From assembly GCF_030013205.1 (NCBI RefSeq), contig NZ_CP122648.1: DNA of 64,000 nt. One strand, given 5' to 3'. This stretch comes from Escherichia coli (lineage in GTDB: Bacteria > Pseudomonadota > Gammaproteobacteria > Enterobacterales > Enterobacteriaceae). The first letter of the stretch is position 1. Each line of letters begins with the position of its first letter. Positions 49,292-60,018 of the stretch are shown here, in pieces. The notes under the pieces were generated by a model. The model was not told where the DNA came from. It did not search any database and saw only the letters and a program-made list of their open reading frames with translations. The position numbers were made by a program, and so were the translations under genes.

Positions 49292-49965
49292 CAAACGTTC
49301 TGATTGTTGAAGATGAACAGGCTATTCGTCGCTTTCTGCGCACGGCGCTGGAGGGCGATGGGATGCGCGTCTTTGAGGCCGAAACGCTGCAACGCGGCTT
49401 GCTGGAAGCGGCTACCCGTAAGCCAGATTTGATTATTCTCGATCTCGGCCTGCCCGATGGTGATGGGATTGAGTTTATCCGCGACCTGCGCCAGTGGAGC
49501 GCAGTGCCGGTGATTGTGCTTTCCGCACGTAGCGAAGAGAGCGACAAAATCGCCGCGCTGGATGCCGGAGCGGATGATTATCTGAGTAAGCCGTTTGGCA
49601 TTGGCGAATTGCAGGCCCGTCTGCGCGTCGCATTACGCCGCCACTCTGCCACCACCACGCCCGATCCGCTGGTGAAATTTTCCAATGTTACCGTCGATTT
49701 AGCGGCTCGAGTGATCCATCGCGGTGAGGAAGAGGTGCATCTCACCCCGATTGAGTTCCGCCTGCTGGCGGTGTTGCTTAATAATGCGGGAAAAGTGCTC
49801 ACCCAGCGCCAGCTCCTTAACCAGGTGTGGGGGCCAAACGCGGTCGAACACAGTCATTATTTGCGTATTTATATGGGGCATCTGCGACAAAAACTGGAGC
49901 AAGATCCCGCCCGCCCCCGCCACTTCATTACTGAAACCGGTATTGGGTATCGGTTTATGCTTTAG
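49288..49965 (+). CDS. kdpE: response regulator KdpE
   Basis: 225 aa; receiver domain plus OmpR-type winged helix. Confidence 0.96.
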   Translation: MTNVLIVEDEQAIRRFLRTALEGDGMRVFEAETLQRGLLEAATRKPDLIILDLGLPDGDGIEFIRDLRQWSAVPVIVLSARSEESDKIAALDAGADDYLSKPFGIGELQARLRVALRRHSATTTPDPLVKFSNVTVDLAARVIHRGEEEVHLTPIEFRLLAVLLNNAGKVLTQRQLLNQVWGPNAVEHSHYLRIYMGHLRQKLEQDPARPRHFITETGIGYRFML

Positions 49966-49975
49966 GCGGTTAAAT

Positions 49976-50073
49976 GCTGGATCCGGCATGAACGCCTTAT
50001 CCGGCCTACAAAATCTTGTAAATTCAATATATTGCACCATCCTCGCAGGCCTGATAAGCGTAGCGCATCAGGC
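49976..50073. repeat. REP pair (BIME-like) between kdpE and pgm
   Basis: tgctggatccggcatgaacgccttatccggcctaca and inverted gcaggcctgataagcgtagcgcatcaggc match remembered REP consensus. Confidence 0.75.
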
Positions 50074-50085
50074 AGTCATAAGTAA

Positions 50086-50116
50086 AAAAGGGCGATCTTC
50101 CGACCGCCCTTTTTCT
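50086..50116. terminator. intrinsic terminator shared by convergent kdpE and pgm
   Basis: aaaaaagggcg-atcttccgac-cgccctttttc. Confidence 0.7.
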
Positions 50117-50128
50117 TATTTAATGTGT

Positions 50129-51769
50129 TTACGCGTTTTTCAGAACTTCGCTAACAATCTCGACCGCTTCTTTCTCGATCTGCTTGCGATGCTCTTCACC
50201 GAGGAAGCTTTCGCAATAAATCTTGTACGCGTCTTCCGTGCCTGACGGACGCGCGGCGAACCAGCCGTTGTCAGTCATCACTTTCAGACCGCCGATAGAA
50301 GCACCGTTGCCAGGCGCAGCGGTCAGGCGCGCGGTGATCGGGTCACCTGCCAGGGTGCTGGCGCTCACCATTTCCGGAGACAGTTTAGACAGCGCCGCTT
50401 TTTGTGCGGAAGTCGCGGCTGCCTGCAAACGGTTGTAGCTCGGCGCACCAAAGCGTTTTGCCAGTTCGTTGTAGTGTTCCTGCGGGTTCTTACCGGTGAC
50501 CGCGGTGATTTCTGCCGCCAGCAGACACATAATGATACCGTCTTTATCGGTTGACCACGGCGTGCCGTCGAAACGCAGGAAGGAAGCCCCTGCGCTCTCT
50601 TCGCCGCCAAAGCCGAAGCTGCCGTCGAACAGACCATCAACAAACCATTTGAAACCTACCGGGACTTCTACCAGCTTACGGCCCAAGTCATTGACCACAC
50701 GGTCGATCATCGCAGATGAAACCAGCGTTTTACCGACAGCAACATCTTTGCCCCACTGCGGACGGTGCTGGAACAGGTAGTTGATCGCCACCGCCAGGTA
50801 GTGGTTCGGATTCATCAAACCTGCCGGAGTGACGATACCGTGACGGTCATAATCCGGGTCGTTAGCAAACGCCAGATCGAACTTATCACGCAGTGCCAGC
50901 AGACCCGCCATCGCACACTCGGAGGAGCAGTCCATACGGATCGCACCGTCTTTATCGAGGTGCATAAAGCGGAAGGTTTGATCGACCTGATCGTTAACGA
51001 TGGTCAGGTTGAGATTGTAATACTCGCCAATGCGCTTCCAGTATTCGATACCGGAACCACCCAGCGGATCAACGCCCAGCGTCAGGCCCGCTTTCTGAAT
51101 CGCCGCCATATCAACGATATCGGCCAGACCTTCCACAAACGGCTGCACCAGATCCTGCTCTTTCACATGACCGGATGCCATCGCTTCGTCGAGGGAGATA
51201 CGCTTCACGCCTTTCAGGCCATCAGCCATCAGTGCGTTGGCCCTGTCTTCCACCACTTTAGTGACGTTGGTATCAGCCGGGCCACCATTTGGCGGATTGT
51301 ACTTGATACCACCATCTTCCGGCGGGTTATGAGACGGTGTAATCACGATACCGTCTGCCAGCGGGCCACCTTTTTTATTGTGAACCAGGATGGCATTGGA
51401 AACGGCAGGCGTCGGGGTGAAGCCATTGTTTTCCTGCACAATGACATCAACGCCATTCGCTGCCAGCACTTCCAGTACGGAAATGAACGCAGGCTCGGAC
51501 AGGGCGTGAGTATCTTTACCCACATAGCAAGGGCCAGTGATGCCGTTTTTCGCACGTTCTTCAGCAATTGCCTGAGCGATCGCCAGAATGTGCGGCTCGT
51601 TAAAGCTGTGGCGCGCTGCACTGCCACGGTGACCGGAAGTACCGAATTTCACCGCGTGCTCCGCATTCCCTGCTTCTGGTTTCAGTACATAATATTGCGC
51701 CGTCAGTTGGGCGACGTTAATCAAATCACTCTGTTGTGCAGGTTGGCCTGCACGATTGTGGATTGCCAT
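50129..51769 (-). CDS. pgm: phosphoglucomutase
   Basis: ORF track 50129..51820; start trimmed to [16 protein letters not shown] (546 aa). Confidence 0.96.
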   Translation of the reverse strand: MAIHNRAGQPAQQSDLINVAQLTAQYYVLKPEAGNAEHAVKFGTSGHRGSAARHSFNEPHILAIAQAIAEERAKNGITGPCYVGKDTHALSEPAFISVLEVLAANGVDVIVQENNGFTPTPAVSNAILVHNKKGGPLADGIVITPSHNPPEDGGIKYNPPNGGPADTNVTKVVEDRANALMADGLKGVKRISLDEAMASGHVKEQDLVQPFVEGLADIVDMAAIQKAGLTLGVDPLGGSGIEYWKRIGEYYNLNLTIVNDQVDQTFRFMHLDKDGAIRMDCSSECAMAGLLALRDKFDLAFANDPDYDRHGIVTPAGLMNPNHYLAVAINYLFQHRPQWGKDVAVGKTLVSSAMIDRVVNDLGRKLVEVPVGFKWFVDGLFDGSFGFGGEESAGASFLRFDGTPWSTDKDGIIMCLLAAEITAVTGKNPQEHYNELAKRFGAPSYNRLQAAATSAQKAALSKLSPEMVSASTLAGDPITARLTAAPGNGASIGGLKVMTDNGWFAARPSGTEDAYKIYCESFLGEEHRKQIEKEAVEIVSEVLKNA

Positions 51770-51794
51770 TGCTTTGTCCTTTGTCTGCAACGTT

Positions 51795-52340
51795 TTAGAT
51801 AGTTCCGCAAACCTTCTCAATCAATTCCGCCGGGAATTGCATCGACTGCATGATGTGTTCGATCATGCTGCATTTACGGCCGGTGTTGGTATTGGTGATC
51901 ACCCAATATGGCGTGCCTGGCACATGTTTCGGCTTGGTCTGATTACCATTTTTCAGCAGCGTTTGTTCATCTGCCGCAAAGTAAACGCGTGTACGACCGT
52001 GCAACGATTCCGTTGCTTCGGCAAACGCCTGGGCGTCAAGAGAATATAGTGTAGACAACAGCAGCATAAAGCGATTGACCGCTCGCTTTTGCTCTGCGTA
52101 TTCATCCGAAAGCAGAAGTTCACGCATTGCGCGAACCTTGTCTTTAATCGTTTTGACCGGCTTCGCTTCGACGATAGCAGGTGACGCAACGCGAACCTCT
52201 TTCGTCACCGGAGCAGCAGGCTGTGATGCGGCGGAAAATTTCAACATACGCCGTAAAATGTCGGATGCGCTCTCGCCGATATGCTTAGTGTGGCTGGCAA
52301 TATAGCTGTAGAGTTCATCATCAACTTCAATCGTTTTCAT
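51795..52340 (-). CDS. seqA: replication initiation negative regulator SeqA
   Basis: ORF track 51795..52475; start trimmed to [17 protein letters not shown] (181 aa). Confidence 0.95.
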
Positions 52341-52524
52341 CTTAATCCAGTGCAGTGTCTTAGCTGAATACAAGTCGCCAGGAGTATATGAATAAATCCC
52401 GGCAGCGGATAGCGTCAAGCCTGGCTTGCAGAAAAACTCGGAATAAACCTTATTTGTTGCAGCCCTGTGGCACAATGGTCAACATAATACCCTAACCCGA
52501 CAACGCGAAAAAAAGAACTTTGCC

Positions 52525-53289
52525 ATGAAATTGAATATCCGCGCGCAAACTGCACAAAACCAGCACAATAATTCTCCCATCGTTCTTGTCCACGGTCTGT
52601 TTGGCAGCCTCGACAACCTTGGCGTACTGGCTCGCGATCTGGTAAACGATCACAATATCATCCAGGTTGATATGCGTAACCACGGTCTTTCACCGAGAGA
52701 TCCGGTGATGAATTACCCGGCGATGGCGCAGGATCTTGTTGATACTCTGGATGCACAGCAGATCGACAAAGCAACATTTATCGGTCACTCCATGGGCGGT
52801 AAAGCGGTAATGGCACTTACTGCACTGGCCCCCGATCGCATCGATAAATTGGTGGCGATTGACATCGCGCCGGTCGACTATCACGTACGCCGTCATGATG
52901 AGATTTTCGCGGCTATCAACGCCGTAAGTGAATCGGACGCACAAACTCGCCAGCAAGCAGCAGCAATAATGCGCCAGCATCTTAATGAAGAAGGGGTGAT
53001 TCAGTTTCTGTTGAAATCTTTTGTTGACGGTGAGTGGCGCTTTAACGTGCCGGTATTGTGGGAACAGTATCCACATATTGTGGGTTGGGAGAAAATCCCG
53101 GCATGGGATCTCCCTGCCCTGTTTATCCCAGGCGGCAACTCTCCGTATGTTAGCGAGCAGTATCGTGATGATTTACTGGCGCAATTTCCACAGGCGCGGG
53201 CACATGTGATTGCTGGCGCGGGTCACTGGGTCCATGCTGAAAAACCGGATGCGGTATTACGCGCTATCCGTCGCTATCTCAATGATTAA
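52525..53289 (+). CDS. ybfF: alpha/beta-hydrolase esterase
   Basis: 254 aa; HGLFGS and GHSMGG motifs. Confidence 0.9.
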   Translation: MKLNIRAQTAQNQHNNSPIVLVHGLFGSLDNLGVLARDLVNDHNIIQVDMRNHGLSPRDPVMNYPAMAQDLVDTLDAQQIDKATFIGHSMGGKAVMALTALAPDRIDKLVAIDIAPVDYHVRRHDEIFAAINAVSESDAQTRQQAAAIMRQHLNEEGVIQFLLKSFVDGEWRFNVPVLWEQYPHIVGWEKIPAWDLPALFIPGGNSPYVSEQYRDDLLAQFPQARAHVIAGAGHWVHAEKPDAVLRAIRRYLND

Positions 53290-53428
53290 CGCAACTGATT
53301 AAAAACCCAGCGTCCGCGTCGCTTTCCGCGCGTGGGCGTTGGCGTGACTCATCGCGCTGATGTATTATGGCGCGCTATCCATCCGGGCAGAGGCCTGGCT
53401 GATTGTTTCCCCCGAAGTCACCAAGATC

Positions 53429-53722
53429 ATGGCCAAAGAACAAACGGACCGTACGACATTAGATCTGTTCGCGCACGAGCGTCGACCGGGACGACCGAAA
53501 ACTAATCCGCTTTCGCGCGATGAACAGCTGCGTATTAATAAACGCAACCAGCTAAAACGCGACAAAGTACGTGGCCTTAAGCGTGTCGAACTGAAGCTGA
53601 ACGCGGAAGCTGTCGAGGCACTGAACGAGCTGGCAGAATCGCGCAATATGAGCCGTAGCGAACTGATCGAAGAGATGTTAATGCAGCAACTGGCGGCGCT
53701 GCGTAGTCAGGGCATCGTTTAA
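53429..53722 (+). CDS. ybfE: small conserved protein (LexA-regulated in K-12)
   Basis: ORF track 53360..53722; start trimmed to [14 protein letters not shown] (97 aa). Confidence 0.85.
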   Translation: MAKEQTDRTTLDLFAHERRPGRPKTNPLSRDEQLRINKRNQLKRDKVRGLKRVELKLNAEAVEALNELAESRNMSRSELIEEMLMQQLAALRSQGIV

Positions 53723-53861
53723 ATTTCCACTTTCATGTAGCACAGTGTGCAGTCCTGCTCGTTTGCTGATTCCGCAAGACTGCCTGTTCTGCTATGATTG
53801 CCTTTATCCGTGGGCAATTTTCCACCCCCATTTCAATAAGTTTCAAGAGGTTATTTCACTC

Positions 53862-54392
53862 ATGGCTATCACTGGCATCTTTTTCGGCAGCGACACCGGT
53901 AATACCGAAAATATCGCAAAAATGATTCAAAAACAGCTTGGTAAAGACGTTGCCGATGTCCATGACATTGCAAAAAGCAGCAAAGAAGATCTGGAAGCAT
54001 ATGACATTCTGCTGCTGGGCATCCCAACCTGGTATTACGGCGAAGCGCAGTGTGACTGGGATGACTTCTTTCCGACTCTCGAAGAGATTGATTTCAATGG
54101 CAAACTGGTTGCGCTGTTTGGTTGTGGTGACCAGGAAGATTACGCTGAATACTTCTGTGACGCATTGGGCACCATCCGCGACATCATTGAACCGCGCGGT
54201 GCAACCATTGTTGGTCACTGGCCAACTGCGGGCTATCATTTCGAAGCATCAAAAGGTCTGGCAGATGACGACCACTTTGTCGGTCTGGCTATCGACGAAG
54301 ACCGTCAGCCGGAACTGACCGCTGAACGTGTAGAAAAATGGGTTAAACAGATTTCTGAAGAGTTGCATCTCGACGAAATTCTCAATGCCTGA
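53862..54392 (+). CDS. fldA: flavodoxin 1
   Basis: ORF track 53745..54392; start [20 protein letters not shown] (176 aa). Confidence 0.96.
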
Positions 54393-54398
54393 TGTGAT

Positions 54399-54427
54399 GC
54401 GGCGTAGACTCATGTCTACGCCGTATT
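54399..54427 (+). terminator. hairpin after fldA
   Basis: cggcgtagac-tcat-gtctacgccg; weak U-tail. Confidence 0.5.
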
Positions 54428-54598
54428 AATAGATAATGCCAATCAAAATAATTGCTACAAATTTGTAACTTTTGCTGTTGTACCTGTACAATGTCCCGGT
54501 GTTCAAGTGGCCTTGCCGTTGTAAATGTAAGCAGTGCCACGTTTTTATTAACAATATTTGCCAGGGACTTGTGGTTTTCATTTAGGCGTGGCAATTCT

Positions 54599-54616
54599 AT
54601 AATGATACGCATTATC
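54599..54616. promoter_or_regulatory. Fur box at the uof-fur promoter
   Basis: ataatgatacgcattatc close to consensus GATAATGATAATCATTATC; overlaps uof start codon. Confidence 0.7.
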
Positions 54617-54688
54617 TCAAGAGCAAATTCTGTCACTTCTCCTAATGAAGTGAACCGCTTAGTAACAGGACAGATTCCGCATGACTGA
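54602..54688 (+). CDS. uof: fur leader peptide
   Basis: 28 codons MIRIISRANSVTSPNEVNRLVTGQIPHD; stop overlaps fur start. Confidence 0.75.
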   Translation: MIRIISRANSVTSPNEVNRLVTGQIPHD

Positions 54689-55127
54689 TAACAATACCGC
54701 CCTAAAGAAAGCTGGCCTGAAAGTAACGCTTCCTCGCTTGAAAATCCTGGAAGTTCTTCAGGAGCCGGACAACCATCACGTCAGTGCGGAAGATTTATAC
54801 AAACGTCTGATCGATATGGGTGAAGAAATTGGTCTGGCTACGGTATATCGCGTACTGAACCAGTTTGACGACGCTGGTATCGTCACCCGCCACAATTTTG
54901 AAGGCGGTAAATCCGTATTTGAACTGACACAGCAACATCACCACGATCACCTGATCTGCCTCGACTGCGGCAAGGTAATCGAATTTAGTGATGATTCCAT
55001 CGAAGCGCGTCAGCGTGAAATTGCCGCAAAACATGGCATTCGCCTGACTAACCACAGTCTCTATCTTTACGGTCACTGTGCCGAAGGCGATTGCCGCGAA
55101 GATGAGCACGCGCACGAAGGCAAATAA
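54681..55127 (+). CDS. fur: ferric uptake regulator
   Basis: 148 aa MTDNNTALKKAGLKVTLPRLKILEVLQEP... Confidence 0.98.
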   Translation: MTDNNTALKKAGLKVTLPRLKILEVLQEPDNHHVSAEDLYKRLIDMGEEIGLATVYRVLNQFDDAGIVTRHNFEGGKSVFELTQQHHHDHLICLDCGKVIEFSDDSIEARQREIAAKHGIRLTNHSLYLYGHCAEGDCREDEHAHEGK

Positions 55128-55143
55128 GCCAGCCGGAACGAGA

Positions 55144-55170
55144 AAAGCCAACCTGCGGGTTGGCTTTTTT
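55144..55170 (+). terminator. intrinsic terminator after fur
   Basis: aaaagccaacc-tgcg-ggttggctttttt. Confidence 0.8.
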
Positions 55171-55210
55171 ATACACGGGAAATAAGAAAAGCGAGAGTTA
55201 CAGCTCTCAC

Positions 55211-55537
55211 TTATTTGTTATTACTGCGAATTTCCTGCCAGACCTTATCACAATCGGCTTTTACCGCCTGGTCATTACCGGTTTGCGTTGCGCGCAGACA
55301 CTGCTGATAATCCAGTACGCGTACACTTTCCTGGTCGGCAAAATGCTGATGTTGTTTCTCTTTCTTCAGCACGTTTAACACGCTCTGGCAGGCTTCAATT
55401 TTTTCCGGCGAACCTTGCGCGGTGTTAATACAGGCGCTGTATGCCTCTTTCAGACGACTGTCTTCCTGTGGCGCGGTTGATTGCGCACAAGCTACCAGCC
55501 CCGATGCCATTATGGCGATGAGAATCAGTTTTTTCAT
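55211..55537 (-). CDS. chiQ: lipoprotein ChiQ
   Basis: 108 aa; signal peptide with LVAC lipobox. Confidence 0.9.
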   Translation of the reverse strand: MKKLILIAIMASGLVACAQSTAPQEDSRLKEAYSACINTAQGSPEKIEACQSVLNVLKKEKQHQHFADQESVRVLDYQQCLRATQTGNDQAVKADCDKVWQEIRSNNK

Positions 55538-55586
55538 AGCAAATTCCTCAAACGTGCGGCAGGCACAAAACCTGCCGCGTCGGGCA

Positions 55587-56993
55587 TCAGAAGATGGTGA
55601 ATGGTGCGATTACCATAAATTTCACGTCACGCTCATCCTGGAAAATGTTGCCGTAACCACCGCCCCAGCTTGGGATGTCGGAGTGGTTGTCGTATTCGGT
55701 GAAGTGCAGTTTGAACATCGTGCCTTTGGCGCGACCGTCCTGAATGGTGTAGACCGCATCCAGGCTGTAGGCAGACTCTTCAATAGTCCGGTTTTTGTCG
55801 TAGTACGCATCCGGATTGCTCTGCCAGGTAGCGGGTTTAGCATCCCATGCGTAAACGTAGGAAGCGCCGATGGCGAAGCCTGGAAGATTCCAGTTTTTCA
55901 GGTCATACATCGCACCGAAGAAGACCGCTTTTTCGCCGTTGGCGTTGAAGTCAGAACGGTTATCCCACCAGATATCCAGGCGACCGTTCGAGGAAGCGTA
56001 GGTTGGAGTCATACGTTGCAGGAAGTATCCCTGCTGACCGTCGGCTTTAACCCAGGTGCCTTCCAGACGCAAATCCACTACATCAGCCGCCCGGTAACCA
56101 AAGGTCAACGCTTGCAGCCAGGCAGTGCCGTCGTAAAGGTCGTTGACGCTGCGATCGTCAACTTTATCGCGCGTACCGTAGAACTGGTAGCTGGTGGTTA
56201 ACGGGCTACCGGCGATATCAAATTTGTAGCTGGCTTTGGCAAAGTATTGATCGATATACCCTTCCGCCTGACCAAATGCTGCTTCCAGTACGAAGTTATT
56301 TTTGAAGTCGTATTTCGCACCGATGGAGTGCAGATAATCAACTTTGGTGGTTTTATCGTTCTGATAAAACTCATCCATTTCCAGATGCCACGGTGCTTTG
56401 TATTCGTTGGTCCACATGTAGGAGAAACTCAACGCACCCGCATCGCCGTAATCAAAATTCGCCCCGGCTTCCGCACCCTGATAAGTACCCGGCATAAAGC
56501 TCCAGTGCGGCGCTAACAGCGTCTGACCGGTTGGCTGAATATAACCTGCCCTCGCCCACACCGGACCGTATTTAAATTTGGCCGCTGCTTTATACAGGCT
56601 TATACCGCTTTTGTCGCCGGACCAGTCTTCGTCATAGGCTTTATTGCTTTTTGAAAACGCGATTTCGTTCGGGTGAGAGCTGTCACCGTTTTCCGCCATT
56701 TCAATCGCCGTAAACGCAGCAATATCAAGGCCGAACATATCAGCAGCATAACCAGACTGAAAATCGAGGTTGGCGTTCCAGGTGGAGTGAGAAAGGTTGG
56801 TTTTGTATTTGTCGCCGTCGGTAACATCTTTACGGTCGCGTTCACGCTGCCAGTAATAGATACCGCCGGTTAAGGTTGAATCGTCGATGAATCCTTCGGC
56901 GCGAGCCTCCGGCATTGCCATAAAGCCCGACATTGCTGTAACACCGGCGATAGCCAGCGCCAGCGTACTACGTTTGCCACTAAACGTACGCAT
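55587..56993 (-). CDS. chiP: chitoporin (OprD-family outer-membrane porin)
   Basis: 468 aa; signal peptide, C-terminal aromatic residue. Confidence 0.93.
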   Translation of the reverse strand: MRTFSGKRSTLALAIAGVTAMSGFMAMPEARAEGFIDDSTLTGGIYYWQRERDRKDVTDGDKYKTNLSHSTWNANLDFQSGYAADMFGLDIAAFTAIEMAENGDSSHPNEIAFSKSNKAYDEDWSGDKSGISLYKAAAKFKYGPVWARAGYIQPTGQTLLAPHWSFMPGTYQGAEAGANFDYGDAGALSFSYMWTNEYKAPWHLEMDEFYQNDKTTKVDYLHSIGAKYDFKNNFVLEAAFGQAEGYIDQYFAKASYKFDIAGSPLTTSYQFYGTRDKVDDRSVNDLYDGTAWLQALTFGYRAADVVDLRLEGTWVKADGQQGYFLQRMTPTYASSNGRLDIWWDNRSDFNANGEKAVFFGAMYDLKNWNLPGFAIGASYVYAWDAKPATWQSNPDAYYDKNRTIEESAYSLDAVYTIQDGRAKGTMFKLHFTEYDNHSDIPSWGGGYGNIFQDERDVKFMVIAPFTIF

Positions 56994-57359
56994 GGGTTAA
57001 TCCTCTTTGACGTATAAATTGCTGCACCAAAGGTGAACAGCGAAAAAAATAAAAATTAAAAAAGTAGCGTTGAGAAAAGTCTCGCTGACTACAGGAACAG
57101 ACTATTTTTCGCGACGCGAATTATCAATCTCTTTCTGTAACCAGAATGTAAGAACATGAGCAACCGCACATATTTTGATGATTTTTGTTACAAGGCTTAA
57201 GTTTGCAGTTGAAAGGCTTGCAGAAGAATAAAAACGTGAAATTCCAGCAAGATGAAAGCGGTTACATTTTATTTAATTATGTTTTGTGATTTTAAATTTG
57301 TTTTATGGATAAATTGCGAAGCGGAATTAATTCGCGAAGAAAAGCAGAATAAATATCCT

Positions 57360-58060
57360 CCGGCATAGCCGGAGGTTTTTCAAATGCGCCTATAAGGCTC
57401 TCTTACCAGCCGCGCCCTAACAGGCGCACACGATCTGACATTTGCATCCAACTTCGTTACTTACGGCCCGTAAACGGGCTGCCCGGATAGGGAATCGATA
57501 ACTGCTCTCCCATTTTATCCTCTTCAAGCTGGTGCTTTATGTAATCCTGTATCTTCGCCGTGTTCTTACCCACCGTATCGACGTAGTACCCTCTGCACCA
57601 GAACTCTCTGTTCCTGTATTTGAATTTCAAATCACCAAACTGCTCGTAAAGCATCAGACTGCTTTTCCCTTTCAGATATCCCATAAAGCCGGATACGCTC
57701 ATTTTGGGCGGGATCTCCACAAGCATATGGATATGATCTGCACAGCATTCAGCTTCAAGAATCCGTACGCTTTTCCACTCACACAGCTTTCTCAAAATAC
57801 TGCCTATTGCTCTACGCTTCTCTCTGTAGAACACTTGTCTTCGGTATTTTGGCGCAAAAACTATGTGATATTTACAGTTCCATCGGGTGTGCGCTAAGCT
57901 CTTTTCGTTCCCCATTGGGACCCCCTTTTGATTTCTTGTTTGACACTTGCAGTTGCCAGACCGCAAGGTGTTTTAACAAATCAAAAGGGGTTTTAATAAC
58001 TGGCTCAAAGCTGAAAGCTTTCCGGAACCCCCAGCCTAGCTGGGGGTTTTCTGTGCACAA
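57360..58060 (-). mobile_element. IS200 (IS200/IS605 family)
   Basis: Y1 transposase ORF; perfect hairpin cccccagc-cta-gctggggg at 58028-58046 near the tnpA-proximal end; span estimated from canonical about 0.7-kb length. Confidence 0.8.
57457..57915 (-). CDS. tnpA: IS200 transposase TnpA (HUH/Y1)
   Basis: ORF track 57457..57966; start MGNEKSLAHTRWNCKYHIVFAPKYRR (152 aa); HIHMLVEIPP HuH motif. Confidence 0.93.
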   Translation of the reverse strand: MGNEKSLAHTRWNCKYHIVFAPKYRRQVFYREKRRAIGSILRKLCEWKSVRILEAECCADHIHMLVEIPPKMSVSGFMGYLKGKSSLMLYEQFGDLKFKYRNREFWCRGYYVDTVGKNTAKIQDYIKHQLEEDKMGEQLSIPYPGSPFTGRK

Positions 58061-58086
58061 AAAAACGCCGCAGAGCGCGGCGTTTT
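58061..58086 (-). terminator. intrinsic terminator after glnS
   Basis: A5-cgccgc-agagc-gcggcg-T4. Confidence 0.75.
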
Positions 58087-58106
58087 GGATTGTTTGCATG
58101 TTTCAT

Positions 58107-58140
58107 GCCGGATGCGGCGTAAAAGCCTCACCCGGCCTGG
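58107..58140. repeat. REP element
   Basis: tgccggatgcggcgtaaaagcctcacccggcctgg matches remembered REP consensus. Confidence 0.7.
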
Positions 58141-58152
58141 TAGAACTTAAAA

Positions 58153-59817
58153 TTACTCGCCTACTTTCGCCCAGGTATCACGCAGCCCAACGGTGCGGTT
58201 AAATACCGGTTTTTCCGCCGTAGAATGGCGGCTGTCGAGGCAGAAATAACCTTCACGCTCAAACTGGAATGCTTTACCCGCTACCGCGTCTTTCAGAGAC
58301 GGTTCAGCAAAGCCCTGTTTGATCACCAGCGATTCCGGGTTAATCACCGACAGGAAATCATCCGCAGCACCTGGGTTCGGCACGCTGAACAGACGATCAT
58401 ACAGGCGGATTTCAACCGGCAGCGCATGTGCCGCGCTCACCCAGTGAATAACGCCTTTCACTTTACGACCATCTGCCGGATCTTTGCTTAAGGTGTCGGC
58501 GTCATAAGTACAGAAAATGGTGGTGATATTGCCTTCGGCATCTTTCTCCACGCGTTCAGCCTTAATGACGTAAGCATTACGCAGACGCACTTCTTTACCC
58601 AGCACCAGACGTTTGTACTGCTTGTTAGCTTCTTCGCGGAAATCGGCGCGGTCGATCCAAATCTCACCGCTAAACGGCACCTGACGGCTACCCATTTCCG
58701 GTTTGTTCGGATGGTTCGGCATGGTAACAATTTCGCCTTCGCCCTGGTAGTTTTCGATAACCAGTTTCACCGGATCGATAACCGCCATTGCGCGCGGGGC
58801 GTTTTCGTTGAGATCTTCACGGATGCAGGATTCCAGCGACGCCATCTCAATGGTGTTGTCCTGCTTGGTCACGCCGATGCGTTTGCAGAACTCACGAATA
58901 GAAGCCGCAGTGTAACCACGACGACGCAGACCGGAAATGGTCGGCATACGCGGGTCATCCCAGCCTTCAACATGCTTGTCGGTCACCAGCAGGTTCAGCT
59001 TACGCTTGGACATCACGGTGTATTCCAGATTCAGGCGCGAGAATTCGTACTGGCGCGGGTGAACAGGAATGGTGATGTTGTCCAGTACCCAGTCGTACAG
59101 ACGACGGTTGTCCTGGAACTCAAGCGTACACAGAGAGTGCGTAATACCTTCCAGCGCATCGCTGATGCAATGTGTGAAGTCGTACATCGGGTAGATGCAC
59201 CACTTGTTGCCAGTCTGGTGGTGTTCAGCAAATTTAATGCGGTACAGCACCGGATCGCGCATTACGATAAACGGCGACGCCATATCGATTTTCGCACGCA
59301 GGCAGGCTTTACCTTCTTCAAAACCGCCGGCACGCATTTTTTCGAACAGCGCCAGGTTCTCTTCGACGCTACGGTCGCGGTACGGGCTGTTTTTACCCGG
59401 CTGCGTCAGGGTGCCACGGTATTCGCGGATCTGTTCCGGCGTCAGTTCATCAACATACGCCAGGCCTTTATTGATCAGTTCGATCGCATAGGCGTGGAGC
59501 TGATCAAAATAATCGGAGGAGTAACGGACGTTACCAGACCAGTGAAAACCTAACCACTCAACGTCGTTTTTGATCGACTCAACATACTCGATATCTTCTT
59601 TTACCGGGTTAGTGTCGTCGAAACGCAGGTTGCACTGGCCTTTATAGTCCTGGGCGATCCCGAAGTTCAGGCAGATAGATTTCGCATGCCCAATATGCAG
59701 ATAGCCATTCGGCTCCGGCGGGAAACGGGTGTGTACTGTGGTGTGCTTACCACTGGCCAGATCTTCATCGATGATCTGACGGATAAAGTTAGTCGGGCGG
59801 GCTTCTGCCTCACTCAT
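58153..59817 (-). CDS. glnS: glutaminyl-tRNA synthetase
   Basis: 554 aa; HIGH motif as [19 protein letters not shown]. Confidence 0.98.
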   Translation of the reverse strand: MSEAEARPTNFIRQIIDEDLASGKHTTVHTRFPPEPNGYLHIGHAKSICLNFGIAQDYKGQCNLRFDDTNPVKEDIEYVESIKNDVEWLGFHWSGNVRYSSDYFDQLHAYAIELINKGLAYVDELTPEQIREYRGTLTQPGKNSPYRDRSVEENLALFEKMRAGGFEEGKACLRAKIDMASPFIVMRDPVLYRIKFAEHHQTGNKWCIYPMYDFTHCISDALEGITHSLCTLEFQDNRRLYDWVLDNITIPVHPRQYEFSRLNLEYTVMSKRKLNLLVTDKHVEGWDDPRMPTISGLRRRGYTAASIREFCKRIGVTKQDNTIEMASLESCIREDLNENAPRAMAVIDPVKLVIENYQGEGEIVTMPNHPNKPEMGSRQVPFSGEIWIDRADFREEANKQYKRLVLGKEVRLRNAYVIKAERVEKDAEGNITTIFCTYDADTLSKDPADGRKVKGVIHWVSAAHALPVEIRLYDRLFSVPNPGAADDFLSVINPESLVIKQGFAEPSLKDAVAGKAFQFEREGYFCLDSRHSTAEKPVFNRTVGLRDTWAKVGE

Positions 59818-59937
59818 CGTGGATTCCTCAAAGCGTAAACAACGTATAACGGCGTATGATCTTATAAGCGGGACAGGCTGACAACTGTTAGTTAGTGAAA
59901 ATCGAAAATCTCACTGAGATTATGGGGATGATTGATG

Positions 59938-59968
59938 AAAAAAAAGCGGCAGAGAAGATCTCCACCGC
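59938..59968 (-). terminator. intrinsic terminator after nagE
   Basis: minus strand gcggtggagatcttctctgccgc followed by T8. Confidence 0.75.
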
Positions 59969-60018
59969 TTGTCATTGTTGGATGCGACGCTGCCGTGTCG
60001 CATCAGGTATAAAGCAGA

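Noticed and set aside
53290-53428. Looked for a LexA box upstream of ybfE
   Set aside because: No convincing CTGT-N8-ACAG match found by eye; left unannotated.
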